DNA from: an uncultured Thermoplasmata archaeon
GTDB lineage: Archaea; Thermoplasmatota; Thermoplasmata; Halarchaeoplasmatales; Halarchaeoplasmataceae
NCBI GenBank assembly: GCA_964399335.1
Contig: CAYNQI010000003.1
Coordinates: 1 to 55,350, forward strand
Direction: 5' to 3'
Length of the DNA: 55,350 nucleotides
Position numbers and translations under genes: made by a program. The notes beneath the pieces were generated by a model that saw nothing but the letters and a program-made list of their open reading frames with translations, was not told the DNA's origin and did not search any database. Each line of letters starts with the position of its first letter. Position 1 is the stretch's first letter. Below, one piece after another: positions 18,150-26,566 of the stretch.

Positions 18150-19802
18150 ATGCTTGAAGATGAAAAAGATACAACGACCGAGGAATATATGGGTGGTGAA
18201 GAAGAAACTATATCAGCTAAGGGCTCTGGAAAAAAGCTTGACCAAATGTTTGAGGATGTCAAAAACGCATTTAAGGATGGTCGCTACAAAACTGCTAAAA
18301 GAGAAAATAAAAGTTTAGAAAAGGAAATATATGATGTTAGAAAGCGTCAGAAGAAGGCATTTTCACAATTTTATGATTTATTGAATAAAATAGATTATAG
18401 AGAAAAACAAGGTTTTGATGTAAGCGAGGCCAAAGAATTATTAGATGTAATTAAAGAATCCATTGAGTTGATGGATTTTGATTCAGCATTTAGTCATATG
18501 GAAAAAGCTTGGGACGCTTTAGAAAGAAGTCTTTTTATCCCCTTTCCTTTTTTAGAAAAGGATGTATCTTTTAAGACTGTGATTTGGAATGACAGAAACA
18601 ATATACTTTTTGAATTTGAAATGATAAATCAAATGGAAAATGCTTTAGGCGAAATTTTGCTTAACATTAAAACACCCCAGGGCTTTTTGGATGTCCCTGA
18701 AAGAAGATTAGGATGGATTGATTCTTATGAAAATAGAAGTGTTCAGGCTGAGTTAGTCCCCGGTGAAGTGGAGGGCAATCAACTTGCTGAACTTATTAAT
18801 GATAATAAAATTGTCTTAGAATCCAATTTAGATTGTGCTTATAAAAATCCAGTACATGTGATTTCAGTTAGTAATATAAGTGACCAAAAATTGAAAGATG
18901 TTGAGATTAGACCTTTCGTACCAGAATTTTTAGAGCCTGAAGAGGAAAAAAAAGTTATAGATATTTTAGAACCCTCTAAAGATATATCTGTAACCTTTAA
19001 TTTATATCCTAAGTTTGTGGAAGGAAAGAAAGATACAGAGGAAGAAATCCAAGAAGACGAATTTTTGTATGAAGTAGATGAAGAGGAGATCAAAGAAGAC
19101 GAGTTCAGATACGAAGAAGAGGAGGAAGAACCTGTTGGTCTAGAGGAAGAAATGCAAGAAGACGAATTTTTTTATGAAGTAGATGAAGAGGAGATCAAAG
19201 AAGACGAGTTCAGATACGAAGAAGAGGAAGGAGAGCCTGTTGGTATAGAGGAAGAGGAGATCAAAGAAGACGAGTTCAGATACGAAGAAGAGGAAATTTA
19301 CAATCAGGATAAAAAAAATTCGCCTTTGTTTTTGAGAGATAACCTAAATTACCTATTGAAAGATGTTAACTTGCAAGAACTTTACACTAAATTATCTAAC
19401 TATATCTCGAACGAAGAAAATATTTTGGTAATTACTCAGATTAACCCTTCAGAGATAAGAGAAGAATATAAAATAAATATAGCGATAGATAATTTTATAT
19501 ATATGAATGAGGAGGAGTTTGAAAAGTTTAGGGTAATACCTCCTAGTGAGATACATGAAGAAATCACTTATAATATTCAAGATTTTATCAGTTATAATGA
19601 TAATGGTATTATATTCCTTGAGAGTTTAGGTAAAATAAAAACCGAAAATGGATTCGATGGATTGCTTGATTTTATAGAAGAAATTTGGGAGGATACACGT
19701 TCTACAGATTTTTCACTTCTAGTAAATTTAGGAACTGGTATATTCACGAAGGCAGAACTGAAGATACTCGAAGAAAAATTTAGGGTGTATAATATCTTTT
19801 GA
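18150..19802 (+). CDS. Multidomain protein: helical repeats, Ig-like domain(s), acidic tandem repeats and C-terminal DUF835 (inactive KaiC-like)
   Basis: C-terminus ILVITQINP...IPPSEI...GIIFLESL..IKTENGFD.LLDFI...ELKILEE matches the DUF835 pattern. Confidence 0.65.
   Translation: MLEDEKDTTTEEYMGGEEETISAKGSGKKLDQMFEDVKNAFKDGRYKTAKRENKSLEKEIYDVRKRQKKAFSQFYDLLNKIDYREKQGFDVSEAKELLDVIKESIELMDFDSAFSHMEKAWDALERSLFIPFPFLEKDVSFKTVIWNDRNNILFEFEMINQMENALGEILLNIKTPQGFLDVPERRLGWIDSYENRSVQAELVPGEVEGNQLAELINDNKIVLESNLDCAYKNPVHVISVSNISDQKLKDVEIRPFVPEFLEPEEEKKVIDILEPSKDISVTFNLYPKFVEGKKDTEEEIQEDEFLYEVDEEEIKEDEFRYEEEEEEPVGLEEEMQEDEFFYEVDEEEIKEDEFRYEEEEGEPVGIEEEEIKEDEFRYEEEEIYNQDKKNSPLFLRDNLNYLLKDVNLQELYTKLSNYISNEENILVITQINPSEIREEYKINIAIDNFIYMNEEEFEKFRVIPPSEIHEEITYNIQDFISYNDNGIIFLESLGKIKTENGFDGLLDFIEEIWEDTRSTDFSLLVNLGTGIFTKAELKILEEKFRVYNIF
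19037..19295 (+). repeat. Intragenic 105-bp (35-aa) tandem repeat, about 2.5 copies
   Basis: Units start at 19037, 19142 and 19247. GAAGAGGAGATCAAAGAAGACGAGTTCAGATACGAAGAAGAGGA occurs three times. Confidence 0.9.
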
Positions 19803-19880
19803 CCTCAAACAAATATTTTCTAGCTATTTTTAGAATTTTTTTACCAAAAGCCTATTATAAATCAAATCTATGTAAAATCG

Positions 19881-20582
19881 ATGAAAGAAACAGTTGAAAG
19901 GGCTCTTCAGTCTTTAAAGAAGGGCTGGTTCGCCATGGTTTACGATGCTGATAAAAGGGAGAATGAAACCGATCTGGTAACCCCTTCAATCTGGATCACA
20001 CAGGATAAGGTCAGAAGACTTCGCAGGGATGCTGGAGGCCTTATCTGTGTAACTGTACCTCCAAAGATATGGAAGAAACTGGGTTTACCGTACCTTCATG
20101 ATCTTATAAGTGAAAACGCTGCTAGTCACCCTTTACTTTCTAGGATGAAAGCCGATGATATACCATATGATGAAAAATCGACTTTTTCATTGACAGTAAA
20201 TCATAGAGAAACTTTTACTGGAATCACCGACAAAGACCGGGCAAAAACCATCAAAAGGTTTGCAGAACTTTCACAGGAAGTCGAAGAACTTCATCAGGAT
20301 AGAGCCAGAGATATGTTCGGAAGGGAGTTCAGAACCCCGGGTCACGTTTTCCTGTTGAATGCCACGGAGGGACTAATAGATAAAAGGATGGGACACACTG
20401 AATTAACTACGGCACTTTTAAAAATGGGTGGTTATTTTCCCAGTATGACCATCTGCGAGATGCTCGGTGACGACGGCAACAGTTTGAGTGAAAAAGAAGC
20501 AGTTAGATACGGAAAAAAGCACAGCATCCCATTGGTAGAAGGTAAAGAGATAATCGAAGAGTGGGGGGGTCGAAATGGGTAA
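19881..20582 (+). CDS. ribB: 3,4-dihydroxy-2-butanone 4-phosphate synthase
   Basis: VYDADKRENETD, GGLIC, FRTPGHVFLL, GHTEL, ICEMLGDDG. Confidence 0.92.
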   Translation: MKETVERALQSLKKGWFAMVYDADKRENETDLVTPSIWITQDKVRRLRRDAGGLICVTVPPKIWKKLGLPYLHDLISENAASHPLLSRMKADDIPYDEKSTFSLTVNHRETFTGITDKDRAKTIKRFAELSQEVEELHQDRARDMFGREFRTPGHVFLLNATEGLIDKRMGHTELTTALLKMGGYFPSMTICEMLGDDGNSLSEKEAVRYGKKHSIPLVEGKEIIEEWGGRNG

Positions 20583-21033
20583 AAAAACAGTCATGGCTGC
20601 AGGAACATTTGATCTTATTCATCTTGGTCATCTACATTATCTAGAAGGTGCTAAAGAGTTAGGGGATAAACTGGTGGTTGTAGTGGCATGCGATGAAACT
20701 GTTAGAGAAAAAAAGCATGAACCGCTTATGAACGATGAAACAAGAGCTGAACTTATCGGAGCTCTGAAGCCGGTGGATGAAGTCGTTATCGGTGGAGAAG
20801 GTGATCCATACGAAACGGTAAGAGAGATCGATCCCGATATAATAGCCCTAGGTTATGATCAGTGGCATAGAGAAGAGAGGATCAAGAAAGAACTTGAGAT
20901 GAGGGGGCTAAAAGCCGATGTTGTTCGTTTAGAACATCATGACCATGATCTAGATGGTACCAGAAAAATAATTAGAAAGATAATCGATTGGCACGGTATG
21001 AAAAAGGAGTTAGAAAAGGTGGAGGGATCATGA
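20575..21033 (+). CDS. ribL: Archaeal FAD synthetase
   Basis: AGTFDLIHLGH (HxGH motif), VVVVACD, PDIIALGYDQ; located in the rib operon. Confidence 0.88.
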   Translation: MGKKTVMAAGTFDLIHLGHLHYLEGAKELGDKLVVVVACDETVREKKHEPLMNDETRAELIGALKPVDEVVIGGEGDPYETVREIDPDIIALGYDQWHREERIKKELEMRGLKADVVRLEHHDHDLDGTRKIIRKIIDWHGMKKELEKVEGS

Positions 21034-21494
21034 AAAAGATAGGTATAGCTGATACCACCTTTGCTAGATACGATATGTTCAGCAGTGCTGAAGATGAACT
21101 CCAGAAAACAGGAACTGGCTTCAGCATCGAACGGTACACAGTTCCCGGCATCAAAGACCTGGCTATAGCTTGTCAAAAACTTATAAGATCTGACTGTGAT
21201 ATAGTACTGGCACTTGGTATGCCGGGTCCCGAACCCATCGATAAACAATGTGCAGATCAAGCTTCACGTGCCATATTAGACGTAGAGATAAAACATGATA
21301 CTCACATATTAGAAGTATTCGTCCATGAAGATGAGGCGGATGATGAAAATGAATTAGCCGACCTGGCGGATAAAAGGACCAGGGAACACGCTTTGAATGC
21401 TTACGACCTTCTTTTCAGACCAGAACGTCTGCAGGAGATGGCGGGAATGGGTGAAAGAGAAGGTTATCCAGATGTAGGACCTTTAGAGAGATGA
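21030..21494 (+). CDS. ribC: Archaeal riboflavin synthase
   Basis: [33 protein letters not shown]. Confidence 0.92.
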   Translation: MKKIGIADTTFARYDMFSSAEDELQKTGTGFSIERYTVPGIKDLAIACQKLIRSDCDIVLALGMPGPEPIDKQCADQASRAILDVEIKHDTHILEVFVHEDEADDENELADLADKRTREHALNAYDLLFRPERLQEMAGMGEREGYPDVGPLER

Positions 21495-21498
21495 TAAA

Positions 21499-21906
21499 AT
21501 GGATATGAAGATAGGAATCGTAGTATCGGAATTTAATTATGATATCACCAGCATGATGCTGGAAAGGGCGAAGGAACACTGTAAGTTCCTGGGAGTCGAG
21601 GTTTCAGAGATAGTCCACGTACCGGGAGTTTTTGATATGCCTCTGGCTATCAAAGACCTGCTGAAAAAAGAAGAAGTCGACGGTGTCGTGACATTAGGAA
21701 CGGTTATAAAAGGGGAGACCAAACACGATGAAACGGTCATATCCCATGCTGCTAGAAAGATAACCGATCTATCTTTGGAATACGAGAAACCGGTAAGTTT
21801 AGGTATAACCGGACCGGGGATGAGCCGTTTACAAGCAGAAGAACGTATAGAAAGGGCGAAGGATGCCGTCGAAAGTGTTGTAAAGATGTACAAAAGGAAT
21901 AAATGA
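21499..21906 (+). CDS. ribH: 6,7-dimethyl-8-ribityllumazine synthase
   Basis: [39 protein letters not shown]. Confidence 0.93.
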   Translation: MDMKIGIVVSEFNYDITSMMLERAKEHCKFLGVEVSEIVHVPGVFDMPLAIKDLLKKEEVDGVVTLGTVIKGETKHDETVISHAARKITDLSLEYEKPVSLGITGPGMSRLQAEERIERAKDAVESVVKMYKRNK

Positions 21907-21945
21907 TAAGTAAATTTAAAGTAACTTTCCTTCTATACCCGTTTG

Positions 21946-22341
21946 ATGCCCTATTCCATACCGGATGACGATGAGATAAGGGATGCACTAGAGAATGTGA
22001 TGAAGAGGACCAAGGGTATCAATTCTCTTAACAAGCTTAGAAGATTGGTTATCAAAGAACTGCAGATCAAGGACCCGGATTATACGGTCAGTAGACCAAG
22101 GATCCGAAAGATCGCCGTGAGATCTTCTTTCATAAATACAAAGATCGAAGCCCGGAGAGCAGATAAAAGAGGCGAGTTCAAAGGTAGATGTCCGGTATGT
22201 GATGGGAAACTAAATATGACAAAGAATGAAACCATATATGGAGGAACAGTGACACTCGGTTACCAGTGCACAGAGTGTCCTTATTGGACTGCCTTGAAAA
22301 AAAGAGTCCCGACACGTTATAGATTTGAATACGATAAATGA
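21946..22341 (+). CDS. Hypothetical basic protein with a C-terminal zinc ribbon
   Basis: CPVC...GYQCTECPY...KRVPTRYRF. Confidence 0.65.
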   Translation: MPYSIPDDDEIRDALENVMKRTKGINSLNKLRRLVIKELQIKDPDYTVSRPRIRKIAVRSSFINTKIEARRADKRGEFKGRCPVCDGKLNMTKNETIYGGTVTLGYQCTECPYWTALKKRVPTRYRFEYDK

Positions 22342-23303
22342 TCGATATTGGATGGATGGATATGGAAATCAAGTATGAAAGTGGAATATGTTTAAAGGAT
22401 GGAAAAAAGAAGATAATATTAGACCCTAGTAGACAGAGTGAAGTCGGAGTGGTAACACATGGCCATTTAGATCATTTAGTTAAAGATGCATATATGACAA
22501 TACCCACTCTCGATATTTTAGAAGTGAGAAAGGGGGAGAAAAGAGGGAAGGGGATGCATTATGCAACCCCAACTGAAATAGGAGGATTCCAGGTCACATT
22601 ATATCCAGCAGGGCATGTTTTTGGTTCGTCTATGGTTCAAGTGGAAGATGTTTTGTATACCGGTGATTTCAATCCTTATGGAGGGAAAACCTGCAAAAGG
22701 GCTGCACCGTATGATTGTGAAACCTTGATCATCGAATCCACTTACGGAAAGCCTAGTTATAGGTTACCCCATAAAGACGGAGTCACGGAAGATTTCATGG
22801 CATGGACTAGGCAGCAACTAGATGAGGGTCCGGTGGTGTTCGGTGCTTACAAATTCGGCAAAGCGCAAGAGGTCATAGCACTGTTGAACGAACTGGGTGA
22901 AGTTCCATATGTAACAGAAGATATAGCAGAACTGTGTGATGTTTATAACAAGTATGACCAGGGTTTAGAATACCAGTTACCTGATGGTTTCGAAGGTAAT
23001 TTTACAGCTGTAGTACCGCCGGGAGAGATAAAGAGACCCATCGGGGATATAGCCCGTATAGCTAGAAAAAAGAACGGTTCTTCCGCTTACCTTTCTGGTT
23101 GGTGTGCATTTTTCCCATATTTCAACTCCATGGATATAGATGCCCAGTTCCCATTTTCCGACCATGCTGGGTTCGATGAACTATTGAAATTTGTCGAAGA
23201 TTGTGATCCCTCTAAAGTTTTAACGGTCCACGGCAGTGATGAAGAGTTCGCCGAGGTAGTCGAAAAAGAGCTAGGTATCGATGCCGAGCCTTTAAAGAAA
23301 TGA
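22338..23303 (+). CDS. Metallo-beta-lactamase / beta-CASP family nuclease
   Basis: THGHLDH, AGHVFGS, YTGD, IESTYG, FSDHA motifs. Confidence 0.82.
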   Translation: MIDIGWMDMEIKYESGICLKDGKKKIILDPSRQSEVGVVTHGHLDHLVKDAYMTIPTLDILEVRKGEKRGKGMHYATPTEIGGFQVTLYPAGHVFGSSMVQVEDVLYTGDFNPYGGKTCKRAAPYDCETLIIESTYGKPSYRLPHKDGVTEDFMAWTRQQLDEGPVVFGAYKFGKAQEVIALLNELGEVPYVTEDIAELCDVYNKYDQGLEYQLPDGFEGNFTAVVPPGEIKRPIGDIARIARKKNGSSAYLSGWCAFFPYFNSMDIDAQFPFSDHAGFDELLKFVEDCDPSKVLTVHGSDEEFAEVVEKELGIDAEPLKK

Positions 23304-23346
23304 CTACTATTATTAACCCCTAGATGTTATTACATATTTGATAAAT

Positions 23347-23766
23347 ATGCAGTTCGATAAAGAAGGTAACATACTGGTTGCAAAACTGGATGATGGGGCC
23401 GATATATTCGAATCATTGAGAGGGATAATGGAAAAAATCGACGAAAGGAGCGCTATGATCATCTCTGGGATCGGGATGATCACTGATTTTAAACTGGGTT
23501 ATTATAACAGTAAAACCGGAGAATACGAGTGGAAGGAATATACGGACCCAATGGAGTTGTTGTCTTTAAGTGGGAGTTTCACCACCGATGGGTCCATCCA
23601 TATCCATGCCGAAGTTTCAGGTCCTGATCACGATGTAAAAGGAGGTCATCTAGACGGAGGAAGAGTTTTCAACGTTAACGAAATCACCATGCTAGCATTC
23701 AAAGAGATCGAGATGATAAAAGAGATGGACGAAGTACGAGATATGACCTTACTCGCATTTAAGTAA
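23347..23766 (+). CDS. PPC-domain (DUF296) protein
   Basis: SGIGM, ELLSLSGS, HIHAEVS, GGHL. Confidence 0.85.
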   Translation: MQFDKEGNILVAKLDDGADIFESLRGIMEKIDERSAMIISGIGMITDFKLGYYNSKTGEYEWKEYTDPMELLSLSGSFTTDGSIHIHAEVSGPDHDVKGGHLDGGRVFNVNEITMLAFKEIEMIKEMDEVRDMTLLAFK

Positions 23767-23778
23767 AGGTTGATCAAC

Positions 23779-24189
23779 ATGGGTTTTGAGATCATCGAAC
23801 ACACTGCAGATATAGGGATACACGCAACCGGTGAAGACCTAAGTGAAGCTTTCCAGGAAGCCGCTAAAGGTATGTCAAGTATAATGACAGATATCGAGAA
23901 AGTAAATAAGACTGAAATTTTTAAGGTAGAATTGGAAAGCGAGGAATGGGATGAACTACTAGTAGATTTTCTATCTGAATTAATATATCTTCATGAAGTC
24001 GAGGATGTTTTATTCTCTGATTTCGATGTGACTTTGAAATCCAATGAAATAAAAGAACTGCACGCTACGTTAAAAGGGGAAAGGATAGACTTAGATAAGC
24101 ATAAGTTCTTCACCGAAATAAAAGCGGTATCATATCATGATATTTTGGCTGACCCAGTAGGGGAAGTCAAAGTGATCTTTGATGTATGA
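23779..24189 (+). CDS. Archease (RtcB cofactor)
   Basis: FEIIEHTADIGI, LVDFLSELIYL, EIKAVSYH, VIFDV. Confidence 0.92.
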   Translation: MGFEIIEHTADIGIHATGEDLSEAFQEAAKGMSSIMTDIEKVNKTEIFKVELESEEWDELLVDFLSELIYLHEVEDVLFSDFDVTLKSNEIKELHATLKGERIDLDKHKFFTEIKAVSYHDILADPVGEVKVIFDV

Positions 24190-24261
24190 ATTTTGTAAAT
24201 ATTTTTGATTCACTTTCACCCACCTCCGGAAGAAAGGTTAATAACATAAAAGCCTCTAAGG

Positions 24262-25215
24262 ATGGTCGATAAAATGAGCGAAGAAGAAATAAAAGAGTTG
24301 CCAGGAGTAGGACCCGCAACTGCAGAAAAGCTCATGGATGCAGGTTATAAAGACCTGATGGCCATAGCGGTTGAATCCCCCCGTGTACTCGCCGATGTTG
24401 CAGAGATAGGCGAGGCAACGGCAGGGAAGATCATAAACGCTGCTAAAAAGGCTGCAGACATCGGTGGGTTCGAAACAGGCGACCAAGTACTACAGAAAAG
24501 AAAAGAAATCGGAAAGCTATCGACTGGAGCAGAATCCTTCGATAACCTTTTAGGTGGAGGGATCGAAACCCGTTCCATCACTGAATTTTATGGGGAATTC
24601 GGATCCGGTAAGACTCAGTTAGCCCACCAGTTAGCTGTGAATGCCACTCAACCAGTTGATGAGGGTGGATTAGAAGGTGAAGTCGTGATAATCGATACTG
24701 AGAACAGTTTTAGACCTGAGAGGATAATTCAGATCGCAGAATATCATGATATAGACCCTCAAGAAGTATTACCTAAAATCCATATAGCTAGGGCTTTCAA
24801 CACACACCATCAGATGCTTTTAGCTGATAAGGCATTAGAGATGGGTGAAGATAGCCCGATCAAGCTTTTGATAGTTGATTCTTTGACTTCTCATTTCAGG
24901 GCTGAATATGTAGGTAGAGGTGCACTAGCTGAGAGGCAGCAGACCTTGAACAAACATCTACACAAGTTACTCAAATTTGCGGATAGGCACAATGCAGCGA
25001 TAATAGTTACTAATCAGGTTACTTCAAATCCAGACCAATTCTTTGGCGATCCGACAAAACCGATAGGCGGAAACATACTTGGACATACAGCTACGTTCAG
25101 GATATATCTGAGGAAATCAAAAGGCAATAAAAGGATCGCAAGACTGGTAGATTCACCTAATATGCCTGAAGGCGAAGCTGTCATACGATTAGAAGAAGGA
25201 GGAGTCTTGGGTTAA
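24262..25215 (+). CDS. radA: DNA repair and recombination protein RadA
   Basis: [13 protein letters not shown] Hh[33 protein letters not shown]. No intein. Alternative start is ATG 24274. Confidence 0.96.
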   Translation: MVDKMSEEEIKELPGVGPATAEKLMDAGYKDLMAIAVESPRVLADVAEIGEATAGKIINAAKKAADIGGFETGDQVLQKRKEIGKLSTGAESFDNLLGGGIETRSITEFYGEFGSGKTQLAHQLAVNATQPVDEGGLEGEVVIIDTENSFRPERIIQIAEYHDIDPQEVLPKIHIARAFNTHHQMLLADKALEMGEDSPIKLLIVDSLTSHFRAEYVGRGALAERQQTLNKHLHKLLKFADRHNAAIIVTNQVTSNPDQFFGDPTKPIGGNILGHTATFRIYLRKSKGNKRIARLVDSPNMPEGEAVIRLEEGGVLG

Positions 25216-25375
25216 GCGATGGGTTTGAACTTATAAAAATCTCTGGATACCCATTTTACTTTTTTTATTTATTAATTATTTAAATATACTCTATAATAGA
25301 GAGATTATATGGTATAATTTCGTCAAAATAAACATAGCTATTTATACCTTACACAAAATTATCAATAATTTTACC

Positions 25376-25388
25376 ACAAAATATAAAT
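25376..25388 (+). promoter_or_regulatory. Putative BRE/TATA for the downstream small RNA
   Basis: ACAAA-ATATAAAT lies about 24-31 nt before the G run at 25412. Confidence 0.5.
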
Positions 25389-25411
25389 TATCCTATGAGA
25401 ATTTTTGTATC

Positions 25412-25479
25412 GGGGAAAACCGGGGCTAGTAGGTTAGAGTGCATCCCATCCCACCATCCTTCCCGACCTAGCCCTCCCC
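25412..25479 (+). ncRNA. Candidate ~68-nt hairpin sRNA with a C-rich (UCCC-repeat) loop
   Basis: GC-rich island in AT-rich intergenic DNA. Stems GGGGA/UCCCC and GGGCUAG/CUAGCCC; TATA upstream, T-tract downstream. Confidence 0.6.
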
Positions 25480-25495
25480 TTTTTTCTTTTTTTTT
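25480..25495 (+). terminator. Oligo-T archaeal terminator
   Basis: TTTTTTCTTTTTTTTT immediately after the hairpin. Confidence 0.6.
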
Positions 25496-25503
25496 CAATG
25501 GTG

Positions 25504-26508
25504 TCACCTGATGCCCATGTAATATATTACTGCGATCAGGACTCCTAATAAAGCCAGCCAAATCATCAAGGCATCTCTGGTCAATCTTTTAGCTTTTTTT
25601 GCTTCCCACCATGTACTTGGTTCAATACCCTGGACGATGAAAGTTAAAACTCCAGATAAATTGATGCAGATCAGATTGATCAAAAACAGCATCATCGCTA
25701 GAAAAGATAATGAATAGTGGCCAGAACCCAATAATAGACCAGATGCTACCAAAGTCGGAACCAAGGCTATGGCCACCATGACCCCTATCAAAGTTGCTGA
25801 TATACCTCTAGTATAAGCTAAAGCCCCGGCACTTCCCGCCGCTAGGGCAAGGGCGACATCTCCGTAACCTACATTGGTCCTAGCCATGATCTCCGTTGAG
25901 GTGGTTGGATCAGTGGTCAAAAAAAGTCCCAAAACAACAGCGATCATGAATCCGAGGATTATTCCGAATAAATTAGCTTTAAGTGCCCTTTTAGCAAGTG
26001 TAAAGTCTGCTAAGGTAGTGGCTAGCGATAGTCCTACATTTGGCCCCAGCATAGGGGCGATCACCATGGCACCTATAATCACTGCAACGTCACTCCTCAA
26101 CACTCCGATGGAAGCTACTATAGCGGAAAGTCCTATCAAAAGAATATACACTGAAGATAATTTCACTTCATCGATAGCAGAGTTGTAAAGTTCTTCCCTG
26201 CTTACACCTTTAGTTTCTTTTCGATCTTCTTCCTTTTCTTCAGATTCTTCTTTTTCTGATTCCTGTATAGGTAAGCTGGCCTGGACGTCGAACATCAACA
26301 ATCTAAACCCTTCATAGCTGCCAAAATTGTCTTCCAGCTTATCTATAACAGTCTGGTTCTTCTCTGCATCTACCAATATTTTGATCTGAACTTTTTTCTC
26401 CGATACTTTACCGAACCAGAAATCGAAGACTTTACTATCGTCTTCTAAAAGATTTTCAGCGTCGGTTTTTTTCTCCTCAGGTATAAGCATCTCGATCAAT
26501 CGAAGCAT
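25504..26508 (-). CDS. TIGR00341 / DUF389 family membrane protein
   Basis: IIGAMVIAPMLGP, EIMART, GVMVAIALVP, LFLINLICI. Confidence 0.88.
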   Translation of the reverse strand: MLRLIEMLIPEEKKTDAENLLEDDSKVFDFWFGKVSEKKVQIKILVDAEKNQTVIDKLEDNFGSYEGFRLLMFDVQASLPIQESEKEESEEKEEDRKETKGVSREELYNSAIDEVKLSSVYILLIGLSAIVASIGVLRSDVAVIIGAMVIAPMLGPNVGLSLATTLADFTLAKRALKANLFGIILGFMIAVVLGLFLTTDPTTSTEIMARTNVGYGDVALALAAGSAGALAYTRGISATLIGVMVAIALVPTLVASGLLLGSGHYSLSFLAMMLFLINLICINLSGVLTFIVQGIEPSTWWEAKKAKRLTRDALMIWLALLGVLIAVIYYMGIR

Positions 26509-26566
26509 AATCAGCCTCTCTTAAATGGTATATTTATTATATCTATATTAATTTGATGTCACTCTA

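Noticed and set aside
19037-19295. Direct repeats as a possible CRISPR array (also 34081-34152)
   Set aside because: They are in-frame coding repeats without unique spacers, and no cas genes are present.
19803-19880. FMN riboswitch or regulator site before ribB
   Set aside because: The region is short and AT-rich with a TATA about 26 nt from the ATG. There is no RFN element, and only a weak 5-bp inverted repeat.
24209-24227. Strong minus-strand SD (GGAGGTG) before a short GTG ORF antisense to archease
   Set aside because: The ORF is only about 27 codons, with no promoter or recognisable features.
25216-25411. AT-rich intergenic region as a replication origin
   Set aside because: There are no repeated ORB boxes (TTCCA.TGGAA plus G-string) and no cdc6/orc1 nearby.
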